Positions 18,918 to 31,430 of a stretch of DNA of 64,000 bases are shown here, piece by piece. The notes below the pieces were generated by a model. That model did no database searches, was not told the DNA's origin, and worked only from the letters and a program-made list of their open reading frames with translations. Source of the stretch: an uncultured Acidimicrobiia bacterium (GTDB lineage: Bacteria; Actinomycetota; Acidimicrobiia; IMCC26256; JAENVU01); NCBI GenBank assembly GCA_963805415.1, contig CAWDUD010000001.1, positions 76,912 to 140,911 of the forward strand. The letters are read 5' to 3'. Numbering within the stretch: the first letter of the stretch is position 1; each line of letters starts with the position of its first letter. A program made the position numbers and the translations under genes.

Positions 18918-20383
18918 TCAGCCGCCGGCGGCGAGCTCGCCCAGACGGGCGAAGAGCTGCGGGTACACCCCGATGACGAGCACGACCCCTGCACACAGCA
19001 CGACGGCGGCGTTGAGCGCGACCGGCGTCGTGATCGGTGCGGTGTCGACACCCTCGGCGGCAGGATGGAACCAGATCTCCCGCGCGACGCGCACGTAGTA
19101 GAAGAACGCGACCACCGAGCTGACCGCGGCGATCGCCCCGAGGACGGTCGCGCCCGGCGTGTTCGCATCGAGCGCGGCACGGAACATCGTGAACTTGGCG
19201 AACCAGCCCGCGAACGGTGGGACCCCGGCGAGCGAGAACAGGAACATCGACATCATCAGACCCATCACGGGCGCGTACTGCCCGAGGCCGGCGAAGCTCG
19301 AGATCTCGGCGCTGCGCGGTCCGGCGGGCGAGCGCGATGACGATGGCGAACGCTGCCGAGGTTCATCGCGCCGTAGATGAGGATGTAGACGACGACGGCC
19401 TCGATCGACGAGCTGACCGCGCCACCGTCGGGTGCGACGGCGAAGGGCACGAGGATGAACCCGCCCTGGGCGATCGACGAGTAGGCGAGCATGCGGACGA
19501 TGTTGGTCTGGCGGAGGGCCACGAGGTTGCCGAGGATCATCGACGCCGCCGCGAGGACCCAGATGACCGGCTGCCACATGTCGGCGTTCGGGAAGAACCC
19601 GAAGATCACCACCGACAGCAGCGCGACGAACCCGCCGGCCTTCGACGCGACCGAGAGGAAGGCGGTCACGGGGGTCGGCGCACCCTCGTACGTGTCGGGC
19701 GCCCAGAAGTGGAACGGCACCGCACTGACCTTGAACGCGAACCCGACGATGGTCAGGAAGCCGGCGACCAGGAGCAGCGGCTCGTCGATCGTGCGCACCC
19801 GGGCGGCGATGTCGGTGAGCAGCGTCGAGCCGGTGAGGCCGAACACGAGCGACATGCCGTAGAGCATCACGGCCGAGGAGAGCACGCCGATCAGGTAGTA
19901 CTTGATCGCGGCCTCGTTGGACTTCGGATCATGCTTGCGCCAGCCGGCGAGCACGAACGTCGGGATCGAGATCGTCTCCAGCGCCACGAAGATGGAGACG
20001 AGGTCACGAGCGCTCGCCATGACCATCATGCCGAGCAACGAGGTGAGCAGCAGGACGTAGAACTCGCCCTGGTAGTAGTCGCCGTCGCCGATGTAGTCGA
20101 CCGAGAGCAGCATCGACACGTAGGCCGCGGCGAGGAAGAAGCCCTGGAACACGAGCGAGTACGGATCGACGACGAACCCGCCGCCGAACATCACGCGTGT
20201 GCCACCGTCGACCGCGAGCGAGATCACCGGGATCATCGCCGCGAGGACGCCGAAGGTCGCGAGCTGCTGGGTCCGGAAGCGGCCCCGGTACTCGAAGAAG
20301 AAGTCGGCGATCAGCACCACGACGATCGTCGCCGACACGATGATGATCGGCGCGATCGCGTGGAAGTCCCAGCCCGGGTTCAT
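18918..20383 (-). CDS. nuoN: Complex I subunit N, operon 2 (frameshift near 19340)
   Basis: EAAIKYY, FKVSAVPFHFWAPDTYEGAP, AYSSIAQ, SLAGVPPFAGWFAK. Confidence 0.93.
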
Positions 20384-20411
20384 GGACGCGTCCTCACCCC
20401 GCTCGGCCGGC

Positions 20412-21930
20412 TCATGCGCCGAAGGCCCGCGTGATGTGGGCGATGCCGTCGTTGGTCAGCGAGAAGACCGTGTCCGGGTACACGCCGAGCACCACGATGA
20501 GCAGCAGGAGCGGGGTCCACGCGATCCACTCGATCGTGCTCACGTCGTGGATGTGCGCGTCCGCGAACTCGGCCTTGGGCTCACCGAACGCCACCCGCTG
20601 GTACATCCACAGGAGGTATCCCGCCGCGAGCACCGTCCCGACCGCGGCGATCACCATGAACGTGCGGAACAGCGCCTCCGAGAGCGCGGGCGCCGGCTGG
20701 TACGCCGACAGCACCGCCGGGAACTCACCCCAGAACCCGGCGAGCCCGGGGAGCCCGAGCGAGGCCATGGCGCAGAAGCCGAGGATCCAGCCCATCTTCG
20801 GCGCCTGCTTCAGCAGGCCGCCGAGCCGGCTCATCTCGCGGGTGCCGTACGTGTGCTGCACCGAGCCGGCGACGAAGAAGAGCATGCCGGTGATGAGCCC
20901 GTGGGCGACCATCCCGAAGACCGCGGCGTTGAGACCGAACGTGGTCAGCGACGCGATGCCGAGCATCACGAAGCCCATGTGAGCCACCGACGAGAACGCG
21001 ATCAGGCGCTTCATGTCGGTCTGGGCCAGGCAGCACAGCGCGCCGTAGATGATGCCGATCACCGCGAGCAGACCGATCCAGGGCGCCCATTTCTCCGCGG
21101 CGTGCGGCAGCGTGGGCAGCGCGATGCGGATGAAGCCGTAGGTGCCGAGCTTCAGCAGGATCGCGGCCAGCAGCACCGAGCCCACGGTCGGCGCCTCGGT
21201 GTGCGCGTCCGGCAGCCACGTGTGGAACGGGAACATCGGCACCTTGATCGCGAAGCCGAGGAACAGGCCACCGAAGATCAGCAGCCGTGTGGTCTCGGCG
21301 AGGTTGCCGTCGCCCATGTCGCGCGAGCACCGGGATCTGGAACGAGCCCTGGAGGAAGAACAGCGCCAGGAAGCCCAGCAGCATCAGCGCCGAGCCGAAC
21401 AACGTGAACAGGAAGAACTTGATCGACGCGTACTCACGGTTCGGACCGCCCCAGACGCCGATCATGAAGAACATCGGGAGCAGGACGATCTCGAAGAAGA
21501 TGAAGAAGAGGATGAGGTCCTGGGCGAGGAAGGTGCCGTTCATGCCGACCTCGAGCACGAGGATCAGCGCCAGGAAGGCCTTCGGGTTGTGCGGCTCGGG
21601 GAAGTGGTTCCACGAGTAGACGATGCACAGCACGGTGATCAGCATCGAGAGGATCAGCAGCGGCAGCGAGATGCCGTCGAGCCCGAGGTGGTACCGGGCG
21701 TGGATGACGTCGATCCACTTCTCGTTGACGCCGAACTGCAACTTCCCGGCGCGGTCGTAGTCGAAGTCGGCGAGGATGCCGATGCCGACCGCCAGCGTGA
21801 CGAGGCTCGTGAGCAGCGCGACGACCTTCGCGGTGTTCTCCTCGGCCTTCGGCACGAGCAGCACCAACCCCAGCCCGACGGCCGGGACGAAGATCGCCAG
21901 CGTCAGCGCCCAATCGTGGAACCAGTTCAT
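20412..21930 (-). CDS. nuoM: Complex I subunit M, operon 2 (frameshift near 21320)
   Basis: GLDGISL, FFEIVLLPM, KVPMFPFHTWLPDAHTEAPT, LPGLAGFWGEF. Confidence 0.94.
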
Positions 21931-21943
21931 CTCTCGTGTTCCC

Positions 21944-24011
21944 CTAACCGAAGATGGCGATCGCGAGGGCAATGACCCCGACGGAACCGAACAGGAACAG
22001 CGCGTAGCGCTGCACCCGACCCGACTGCAGGGGTCGGAGCAGGCCACCGGCCTGGTCCGTCTCCCGCGCGAGCCCATTCACCGCGCCGTCGACCGTGTTC
22101 TGGTCCACGTAGCGGTACATCACCCGACCGAGCACGGCGGTGCCACGGCCGACGCCGTTCACGACCCCGTCGATCACGCGCATGTTCACCCAGTACATGG
22201 CCCTCGCGATCGGGCCCTTGATGCCGGCGACGATCACGTCCGTGTACAGATGGTCCAAGTAGTACTTGTTGACGAGGAAGGTGTGGCCGGCCTTGGCCGC
22301 ACCCGATCGCTGCGTCAGGCCCTTGAGCGACCGCAGCTCCTTGCGGTCGAGCCAGAAGAACAGCGTGAAGCCGATCGCGGCGAGCACCACCCCGACCGAG
22401 AGGCCGGCGAGCAGGTAGTCGAAGCTCGGCGTGGTCACGGGCGGGAAGGCGATCCGCGGCTCGACGTAGTCCTTGAACTTCTCGACGCCGATCGGCGCCG
22501 CGTTCGCGAGACCGGCGACGACGCTGAGGCCGGCGAGCACGACGAGCGGACCGGTGATCGCCTTGGGCGCCTCGTGCGGATGACCGTGACCGCGGTACTC
22601 GCCGAAGAAGGTGAGGTACACACAGCGGGTCATGTACGCGGCGGTGAGCACCGCCCCGACCACCCCGATGACCATGAAGACCTCGAACCCGCCCTGACCC
22701 GCCGTCGCGAGGATCTCGTCCTTGGACCAGAACCCGGCGAGCGGCACGACCCCGGCGAGCGCGAGCGAGCCGATGATGAAGGTCCAGAAGGTGATCGGCA
22801 TGTGCTTGCGCAGACCGCCCATGTCCTTCTTCATGTCGAAGCTGTGATGCGAGCCCGAGTGGCTGATCGAGCCGGCGCCGAGGAAGAGCAGCGCCTTGAA
22901 GAAGGCGTGGGTGAAGAGGTGGAACACCGCGCCGACCCACGCGCCGACCCCGAGGCCCATCACCATGTACCCGAGCTGGCTGATCGTCGAGTAGGCGAGC
23001 ACCTTCTTGATGTCGTCCTGCACGAACGCGAGCGCGGCTCCGATGATGATGGTCACGCCGCCGACCAGGGCCATCGCGTTGACCCCGCCCGCCTGGATCG
23101 AGAAGCCCTGCCAGAAGACGCCGTAGACCCGGGCGCCGAGGTACACGCCGGCGACGACCATCGTGGCGGCGTGGATCAGCGCGGAGACCGGGGTGGGGCC
23201 GGCCATGGCGTCGGGGAGCCAGGTGTGGAGCGGGAACTGACCGCTCTTGCCGATGATGCCGATGAGCAGGCACGAGGCACCGACGAGCCAGATGGTGTGT
23301 CCGTTCACCCCGGCCAGCGCGGCGGTGTTGATCCGTCCGATGTCGAAGGTCTGGTTGGCCGCGAAGAAGGTGACGATGATGCCGATCATCAGACCGATGT
23401 CGCCGGTGCGGGTGGTGAGGAACGCCTTCAACGCGGCGTTGGTGTTCTCCTGCTCCTCCCACCAGTGGCCGATGAGCATGAACGAGCAGAGGCCGACGAG
23501 CTCCCAGCCGACGAGCAACTGCAGGGTGTTCGACGCGACGACCAGCGTCAGCATCGACGCCGTGAACAGGCTGAGCGCGGCGTAGAAGTAGGTGTAGCGA
23601 ACGTCGTCGTGCATGTACGCGGTCGAGTAGATGTGCACGAGCAGCGAGATCAGCGTGACGACGAAGAGCATCATCACCGCGAGCCCGTCGATGCGGGTCC
23701 CGACGCTGAACTCCATCCCGCCGTTGCGCCACCAGGTGACGGTGTGCACCACGGGCTTCACGACGGCCTCCTCGCCGGCGTGGAGCATCAGGCCCTTGCC
23801 GAACGCCGTGAACGGCCTCGGCGGCACCGCCGGACGCGTCCTCGACGCGGGAGAACCACTGCACCGCGGTGACGCAGGACAGCACGAACGTCGACGCGAG
23901 CGACACGATCCCGATCTCGGAGCCGCCCCTGGGCATCTTCTTCCCGAAGAAGAGGATCAGCAGGAACGACACCACCGGGATGACCGGGATGATCCATGCG
24001 GAGTCGAGCAC
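21944..24011 (-). CDS. nuoL: Complex I subunit L, operon 2 (frameshift near 23820)
   Basis: WELVGLCSF, GKSGQFPLHTWLPDAMAGPTPVSALIHAATMV, HAFFKALLFL. Confidence 0.95.
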
Positions 24012-24021
24012 GAAGTCTCCG

Positions 24022-24321
24022 CTACCCCTTCAGCTGTTCGATGTGGTCGAGATCGGGGCTGTGCAGGTTGCGGTAGATGAGCAGCACGATCGCGAGCCCG
24101 ACGCCCACCTCGGCGGCGGCGATCGTGATGACGAACAGGGCGAACACCTCACCCGCGGTCTCACGCAGGTACGCCGAGAACGCGATCAGGTTGATGTTCA
24201 CGGCGTTCAGCATCAGCTCGACGCTCATGAGCACGAGCACGCCGTTGCGACGCACGAGCACGCCGTAGACCCCGATGCAGAAGAGGATCGCCGCGAGCAC
24301 GAGGAACTGGTTGAGGATCAC
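24022..24321 (-). CDS. nuoK: Complex I subunit K, operon 2
   Basis: [23 protein letters not shown]. Confidence 0.96.
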   Translation of the reverse strand: MILNQFLVLAAILFCIGVYGVLVRRNGVLVLMSVELMLNAVNINLIAFSAYLRETAGEVFALFVITIAAAEVGVGLAIVLLIYRNLHSPDLDHIEQLKG

Positions 24322-24322
24322 G

Positions 24323-24839
24323 TCAGTCCCTCCGCGCGATCACGACGGCGCCGACGAGCGCGGCCAGCAGCAGGATCGACACCAGCTCGAACGGGACGAC
24401 GTAGCTGCTGAAGATCGTGTCGGCGACGCGAGCCGTCTTGCCGACGTGCAACAGCTTCTCGCCCCCCGCACCGCCGATCGCGATCTTCTTGTCGCCGAAG
24501 GCCTGGATCAGCAACGTGCCGAGCACGCCGGCGAGGAACACCCCGACGACCGCGCCCTGCCACTTCTGGTCGTTGTCCAGATCGGTCTCACCGCGCATCG
24601 GCGCCCGCGGTGAGCATGATGCCGAAGAGGAACAGGATGATCACCGCGCCGATGTAGATGATCACCTGCACCCACGCCACGAACTCCGCCGCGAGCAGGA
24701 TGTACTGCGCGGCCGCGCCGGCCATGACGACGACCAGGTACAGCGCGGCGTGCACGATGTTGCGGCGAGCGGACGACACCGATCGCGCGCCGACCATCGC
24801 GACCGCGAAGACCCAGAAGAAGATGTTCTGCACGATCAC
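24323..24839 (-). CDS. nuoJ: Complex I subunit J, operon 2 (frameshift near 24600)
   Basis: [34 protein letters not shown]. Confidence 0.92.
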
Positions 24840-24846
24840 GAGCGCC

Positions 24847-25342
24847 TCACTTCTTGCCCTTGACTTCGGCGCCGAGCTCGAGGGGCTCGGGCTCGGGGAC
24901 GAACTCCATCCACTCGCCGAGGCGCTCCTTGTCGTGGAGCAGGTCGGCGATCCGAGGTTCGGAGTACTCGTACTCGGGGCTCCAGAAGAGGGCGTCGAAC
25001 GGGCAGACCTCGACGCAGATGCCGCAGTACATGCAGAGGCCGTAGTCGATGTCGAACCGGTCGAGGATGTTGACGCTGCGCGGGCGACCACCCTCACGTC
25101 GCGGCGGGCGCAGCTCCTTGTGCCCCTCGATGTAGATGCACCAGTCGGGACAGCTACGGCCGCAGAGCATGCAGGCGGTGCAGTTCTCCTCCTTGAGTGC
25201 GATGACGCCGCGCGGCGCGTGGCGCCGGGTCCTCGCGCTCGTGGGGGTACTGCACGGTGACAGCACCCTCCATCATCGTGCGGAAGGTGACGCCGAGACC
25301 GCTGATCACGCCGGGGAGGTTCGGCTTCGAGAACTTCGGCAT
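24847..25342 (-). CDS. nuoI: Complex I subunit I, operon 2 (frameshift near 25225)
   Basis: [29 protein letters not shown]. Confidence 0.93.
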
Positions 25343-26374
25343 CAGACCGCCACCTTGATGATCGCGGTGGCGATGATGTTGAGCAGCCCGATCGGGATCA
25401 GGTACTTCCACGCGAGCGCCTGGAGCTGGTCCTCGCGCAGGCGTGGGTAGGTGAAGCGGACCCAGAACATCAGGAACGCGACGACCATCAGCTTCACGAA
25501 GAGCACGATCGGGCCGAGCAGGTCGGCGATGCCGCCGTGCACGCCCGGGATCGCCCAGCCGCCGAGGAACATGGTGGCGGCGAGCGCCGCGAAGGCGAAC
25601 GCGGTGCCGAACTCGCCGATGAAGAAGAAGAGGAACCGGAAGCCGGTGTACTCGACCATGTAGCCCGCGACGAGCTCGGACTCGGCGACCGGCATGTCGA
25701 ACGGGCGTCTGGGTGAGCTCGGCCTGCGCGGCGACGAGGAAGAGCAGGAATCCGACGAACTGCGTGAGGATGAACGGGTTGCCGATCCCGTCGAACCCGA
25801 AGATCGAGCCGTTCTGCTGCGCGAGCACGATGTGCTGGAGGTTCATCGTGCCGGCCTGGATGACCACGCCGACGACCGCGAGCAGCAGCGGCAGCTCGTA
25901 GGCGATGAGCTGGGCGGCCGCGCGCAGGGCGCCGATGAGCGCGAACTTGTTGGCACTCGCCCAGCCGGCCATGAGCACGCCGATGACCGAGAGGCTCGAG
26001 ACCGCCAGCGCGTAGAACACGCCGACATCGAGATCGCGCACGACGAGCCGCGGGCCGGTCGGGACGACCAGGAAGATCAGGAACGTCGAGATCACCACGA
26101 CCGCGGGCGCGATCGCGAAGACGCGGCGATCCGAGTCGGCCGGCATGATGTCCTCCTTCTGGAGGAACTTGATGCCGTCGCCCACGAGCTGGAACCAGCC
26201 GTGGAACCCGCCGGGGTCCATCGGCCCGAGCCGGCTCTGCATGTGACTCATCATCTTGAGCAGGAACGTGTACCCGAGGATCAGGGCACCGAGCGGGATG
26301 ATCGTGAGGACGATCACGGTCTTGATCGCGAGCGTCGTGCCCCAGCCGATCTCGAGGGCGAGCGAGGGAGTCAC
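25342..26374 (-). CDS. nuoH: Complex I subunit H, operon 2 (frameshift near 25700)
   Basis: MQSRLGP, DGIKFLQKED, AAQLIAYE, PVAESELVAG..VEY, PRLREDQL. Confidence 0.94.
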
Positions 26375-27551
26375 CGGTCGATGTCCCCGAGGATGAAGTA
26401 CAGGCTGCCGAGGATCGTGATCACGTCGGGCACGTAGACGCCGCGCAGCAGCCACGGCAGGATCGATACGTTCGAGAACGACGCGGAGCGGATCTTGACC
26501 CGGAACGGACCCGTCGCCCCCTTCGAGACGACGTAGTAGCCCATCTGGCCGAGCGGGTTCTCCGTCTCGACCCAGGCCTCGCCCTCGGGCACCTTGATGA
26601 TGCGCGGGACCTTGGCCATGATCGGCCCGGCGGGGAGCCCGTCGAGGAGCTGCAGCACCATGCGCGCCGACTCGCGGGTCTCCTGGAGCCGTACCCAGTA
26701 CCGGGCGAAGGAATCGCCGTCGGTGTGGGTCCAGACCTTGAAGTCGAGGTCGGGGTACGCGAGGTAGGGCTTGCCGTCGCGACGCAGGTCCCAGTCGATG
26801 CCGGACGCGCGCAGGTTCGCGCCGGAGACGCCGTAGGCGGCGCCGAGCTCGCCCGGGATGATCCCGATGCCGCGCGTCCGGGCCACGAAGATCTCGTTGC
26901 CGACGAGCACGTCCTCGAAGTCGTCACAGCCGTCGAGGATCCGCTTCATCGTGTCGCGGCAGTCGGCGATCCAGCCCCACGGCAGGTCGTCCTTGACCCC
27001 GCCGATGCGGTTGAAGTTCGGGTGGAAGCGACCCCCGGTCGCGCGCCTCGATCAGGTTGAGCACGTGCTCCCGGTCGCGGAAGCCCCAGAACGCCGGCGT
27101 CGAGCGCGCCGACCTGGAGCCCCATCTCGCCGAGGAAGAGGTAGATGGTCGCGATGCGGCTCAGCTCGGTGAGGATCGTGCGGATCCACTGGGCGCGCGG
27201 GGGAGCCTCGATGTCCATCAGCTGCTCGGCGGCATGGATGAACGGCACCTCGTTGGCGAAGCTCGACAGCCAGTCGATGCGGTTGATCAGCGTGGTGATC
27301 TGCGGGTAGGTGCGGAACTCGCTGAGCTTCTCGTAGCCGCGGTGCATGTACCCGATCACCGGATCGGCCGCGACGACGCGCTCGCCGTCGAGCCGTACCA
27401 CGAGCCTGAGCGTGCCGTGGGTCGCCGGGTGCTGCGGACCCAGGTTGAGGATCATGTCGCCGGTGTCGAGCTCGACGTTCACGGCCGCGTCGGCGAGGTG
27501 GCGGTAGAGCGACGGGTCGACCTCGAAGCCGGGGGTCTCGGTCGTGCTCAT
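26371..27551 (-). CDS. nuoD: Complex I subunit D, operon 2 (frameshifts near 27050-27110)
   Basis: GPQHPATHGTLRL, GYMHRGYEK, RIDW, ENPLG, GDIDR. Confidence 0.95.
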
Positions 27552-28279
27552 GAGGCGGTGTCGGCGTCGTCGGGGGAATCGTCACCGGGCATCGGCTCGA
27601 CGTCGACGAGGCCCGGCCAGGGCTTCACCTCACGTGCGAGCAGGGCGAAGTCCTTGCGGAGGGGATGGCCCTCGAACTCGCCCGGGAGGTAGAGGTGGCG
27701 GATCTTCGGGTGGCCCCGGAAGTCGATGCCGTACATCTCCCAGCACTCGCGCTCGTGCCAGTCGGCGCCGGGGTAGATCGAGACCCAGCTGTCGACGGCG
27801 GGCTCGTCCTCGGCGACGTCGGTCTTGATCGTGACGCCCCAGTGCCGTGACGTGGACTGCACGTGCCCGAACACCTGGAGGCGACCCGCCGATCCGGCGA
27901 CGCCGAAGGTCATGGTGTCGGGCTGGACCGGTGCCGACGTGTCGCTGCCCTCATCGCCCTCGGCCTTGGGTGCGGGCATCCAGTCGATGCCGGCGACGAA
28001 CGAGAGGTAGTCGCAGTCGAGCTCGGCACGCGCGACCTCGGCGGCGCGCCGCCAGGCGTCGGGGCGCACCCGCACGACGAGGTCGCCCTGCGCGGCGCCG
28101 TGCTCGACGACGCCGTCGCCGAGCGCGGTCTCGAGGCGGGTGAGCAGCGCCTCGACATCGGCCGCGAGCTCGGGCGCAGGTTCGGGCTCCGGTTCGGGCG
28201 CCGCGTCCGCCCCCGGTGCCGGCAGCGAATCGTCCCCGGCCTCGGGCACCGCGTTCTCGTCGGGGGTCTCGTCGGCCAT
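27548..28279 (-). CDS. nuoC: Complex I subunit C, operon 2
   Basis: ADWHERECWEMYGI.F.GHP, GHPLRKDF. Confidence 0.95.
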   Translation of the reverse strand: MADETPDENAVPEAGDDSLPAPGADAAPEPEPEPAPELAADVEALLTRLETALGDGVVEHGAAQGDLVVRVRPDAWRRAAEVARAELDCDYLSFVAGIDWMPAPKAEGDEGSDTSAPVQPDTMTFGVAGSAGRLQVFGHVQSTSRHWGVTIKTDVAEDEPAVDSWVSIYPGADWHERECWEMYGIDFRGHPKIRHLYLPGEFEGHPLRKDFALLAREVKPWPGLVDVEPMPGDDSPDDADTAS

Positions 28280-28285
28280 CGAGGG

Positions 28286-28838
28286 CTAGGCCTTCACCGG
28301 ATCGGGAACGCGTTCGGCGGGGACGTACTCACCACGCCAGCGCTGCGCGAGCTCGTCGTTGCCGATGCCCTCGCCCTGAATGCGCTCCTGGAGCATGACG
28401 ATCGCCTGGAGGAGCGCCTCGGGACGGGGCGGGCAGCCGGGGATGTAGATGTCGACGGGGATGACCTGGTCCACTCCCTTGGTCACCGAGTAGGAGTCCC
28501 AGTACGGGCCCGCCGCAGTTCGCGCACGATCCCATGGAGATCACGTACTTCGGGTCGGGCATCTGCTCGTAGAGCCGCTTGATCGCCGGGGCCATCTTGT
28601 CGGTGACGGTCCCCGAGATCACCACGAGGTCCGCCTGGCGGGGACTCGCCGGGAAGGGGATGACCCCGAGCCGCATCATGTCGTAGCGGGGGCTCGCGAG
28701 CGCGGCGCCCATCTCGATCGCGCAGCACGCGAGGCCCCACTGGAACATCCAGAGGCTGTACTTGCGGCTGTAGTTGAGCAGCCAGGTGACCGGCTTGAGC
28801 GGCTTCTTCCCGAGGGTGCCGTTCTCGACTAGGCCCAC
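28286..28838 (-). CDS. nuoB: Complex I subunit B, operon 2 (frameshift near 28505)
   Basis: [33 protein letters not shown]. Confidence 0.95.
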
Positions 28839-29191
28839 CGCAGGACCCCCTTCCGCCACGCGTACACGAGGCCGAGGGTCAGCACGACGATGAACACGAT
28901 CATCGAGGCGAGCGTGCTCACGCCGAGCTGGTCGACCCGGGTCGCCCACGGGAAGATGAACACGGCTTCGACGTCGAACATCACGAAGAGGAGCGCGTAC
29001 ACGTAGTAGCGCACGTTGGACTGGCCCCATCCCCCGACGGGATCCGAGCCGGCCTCGTAGGTCACGTACTTCTGGGGCTGCGGCCGGGTCGGGCGGATGA
29101 GCCGTCCGAGGCCCAGCATGCCGCCGACCATGACGAGTCCCGCGCCGATCAGCACTGCGACCGCGAGATACTGCCGGTAATACTCCGTCAC
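28829..29191 (-). CDS. nuoA: Complex I subunit A, operon 2
   Basis: [24 protein letters not shown]. Confidence 0.96.
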   Translation of the reverse strand: MTEYYRQYLAVAVLIGAGLVMVGGMLGLGRLIRPTRPQPQKYVTYEAGSDPVGGWGQSNVRYYVYALLFVMFDVEAVFIFPWATRVDQLGVSTLASMIVFIVVLTLGLVYAWRKGVLRWA

Positions 29192-29224
29192 GCGTGCGGC
29201 CCCTCCAAACGCCGGAACCGGGCG

Positions 29225-29230
29225 AGTATA
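29225..29230 (-). promoter_or_regulatory. -10 element candidate for nuo operon 2
   Basis: Minus strand TATACT in a locally AT-richer patch 34 nt upstream of nuoA. Confidence 0.5.
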
Positions 29231-29322
29231 TGTCTGGCCTTTTCGCTGCCCTCAAACCGTGGCGGACGAAGCCGCGGCGCCGCCGGAGGGAACCGTCGGT
29301 GGCCGTCCGGGCGGCGCGCCGG

Positions 29323-29877
29323 TCAGAGCTTGGTGACCGGGTCGCCCCGGGAGACCGTGCCGCCCGAGACCACCCGGGCGTTCATCCCCCGGAGTCGCAG
29401 CGCCCGCCCGACGGGCTCGTTCACGAATCGCAACGCGTCGCGGCCGAAGCGGCCGGCGAACTTCGCGCACCCGGTGTGCGGCTGATCCGTCACCTCGATG
29501 ACGGCACCGCCGAGGGCGAGCCGGGTCCCGGGCGGGAGATTCGCCTCGGACAGGTCGAGGTCCACGTAGAGCTGGTCTCCCGCGAGCGGCCAGCGCTCGG
29601 CCGGACCGGCGACGAGCGCCGCGGCGCGGGCGTTCATCAGGTTGAGCTGCATGTCGGGGTGGGGAGCGCCGTCCTCGGTGCGTCCCGACGGTCGTACGTT
29701 CCACGTGTCACCGACGAGGCCGAGCGATTCGTCCAGTTCACCCGATTCGAGCACCTCGCGGGCGTCGATCGTCGGCCGGCGCACGATCAGGGCCAGCACG
29801 CCCCGCGTCGTCGGGGACCTCAGGATCTCCTCCAGACCGGCCTCGAGCTCGGCAGCCGTCCGCAGCACCGGGTCCAT
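29323..29877 (-). CDS. MOSC-domain protein
   Basis: [37 protein letters not shown]. Confidence 0.85.
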   Translation of the reverse strand: MDPVLRTAAELEAGLEEILRSPTTRGVLALIVRRPTIDAREVLESGELDESLGLVGDTWNVRPSGRTEDGAPHPDMQLNLMNARAAALVAGPAERWPLAGDQLYVDLDLSEANLPPGTRLALGGAVIEVTDQPHTGCAKFAGRFGRDALRFVNEPVGRALRLRGMNARVVSGGTVSRGDPVTKL

Positions 29878-29928
29878 CGCGTCAGTCTGGCCCGACCCCG
29901 GGGTCCGCGGCGCGGATTTCGCTCCGGC

Positions 29929-31430
29929 TCAGAACAGCAGCGAGGCGCGGTGGGCGAAGTCGAGGACCACCGTCGGCAGCACGCCGATCCAGATCGTCGC
30001 GGCGACGCAGACGACGAGGACCGTGGCCGTCGCGGCCCCGATCCGCGGGCGGGCGGGCTCGGCCTCGAGCTCGTCGGGCTCCTCCTGCTCGTCCTCGGAT
30101 GCGTACATCGTGAGGATCACCCGCAGGTAGAAGTAGGCCGTGATCACCGAGGTCAGGACCCCGACGACGAGCAGGGCGTACGAGTGCACCGCCGATGCCG
30201 CCGCGAACACCTCGAGCTTGGCGACGAAGCCCGCGGTGGGCGGGATCCCCGCCTGGGCGAGCAGGAAGAACGCCAGGAGCGCCGCGATGATCGGCCGGCG
30301 GCGACCGTAGGACTCGAGGTCCGCGATCGAGTGCAGATCGTCGCCGTCGTTGAGCGACGTGACGATGGCGAAGGCACCGATCGTCATGAAGGCGTATACG
30401 AGGAGGTAGAAGAGCGACGCCTCCAGCCCGCGTGCCGTCCCGGCCTGCACCCCGATGAGGATGTAGCCCGCATGCGCGATCGACGAGTAGGCGAGCAGCC
30501 GCTTCAGGTCGGTCTGGCGGAGCGCGCCGACGGAACCGACGAGCAGGGTGAGCACCGCCATCACGAAGACCAGCTGGCGCCAGTCGGTGCGGTACGACGG
30601 CAGCGCGGTGTAGAGAACGCGCAGCAGGGCGGCGAAGCCGGCGGCCTTGGTGGCCGAGGCCATGAACGCGGTCACGGGGCTCGGCGAGCCCTCGTAGACG
30701 TCGGGCGTCCACATGTGGAACGGCGCCGCGGCGATCTTGAAGCCCAACCCGACGAGCAGGAGCGCCAAGCCGGCGAGGAGCGTCCCCTCGTGGAGCAGCG
30801 CGTTGCTCGCGAGGTAGTTCTGGATCCCCTGGAGGGAGGTCGGTACCGGTCGCGCCGTAGAGGAGCGCGATCCCGTACAGCAGGATGGCCGAGGAGAACG
30901 CGCCCAGGACGAAGTACTTGATGCCGGCCTCGAGCGATCGCCTCCGGCGCACGTCGTACGCGGCCAGCACGTAGAGCGGGATCGAGAGCACCTCGAGAGC
31001 AACGAACACGACGATGAGATCGTTCGCTCCGGCCATCACCAGCATGCCGGCGACGCTGACGAGCAGCAGCACCACGTACTCGGGCCGGGACTCGATGCCG
31101 CGTCTCGTCAGGTAGTCGCTCGAGAGGAGCAGCACCAGGGCGGCGGCGACGACCACGACGACGCTGACGAACACCGAGAAGCCGTCGACCGCGACCATCT
31201 TCGCCATGGCGTCGTAGGGAGCATCGTCGGTGACGACGCTCCACTGCTCGGCGAGGAAGCAGGCCGACGCGGCGAGACCCAGCGTGCCGATGACCATCGC
31301 CGGCGGGTACGTACGGAACCGCTCGCGGCCGACCGAGCGCAGGAGCACGATCAGGATCGCGGCTGCGACCGGCATGACGACGGGCGCGATCGCGTACCAG
31401 TCGACGCGGGGAACTGCGACGCGCGATCAT
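29929..31430 (-). CDS. nuoN: Complex I subunit N, operon 1 (frameshifts near 31415 and 30840)
   Basis: EAGIKYF, FKIAAAPFHMWTPDVYEGSP, AYSSIAHAGY, AGIPPTAGFVAK. Confidence 0.93.
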
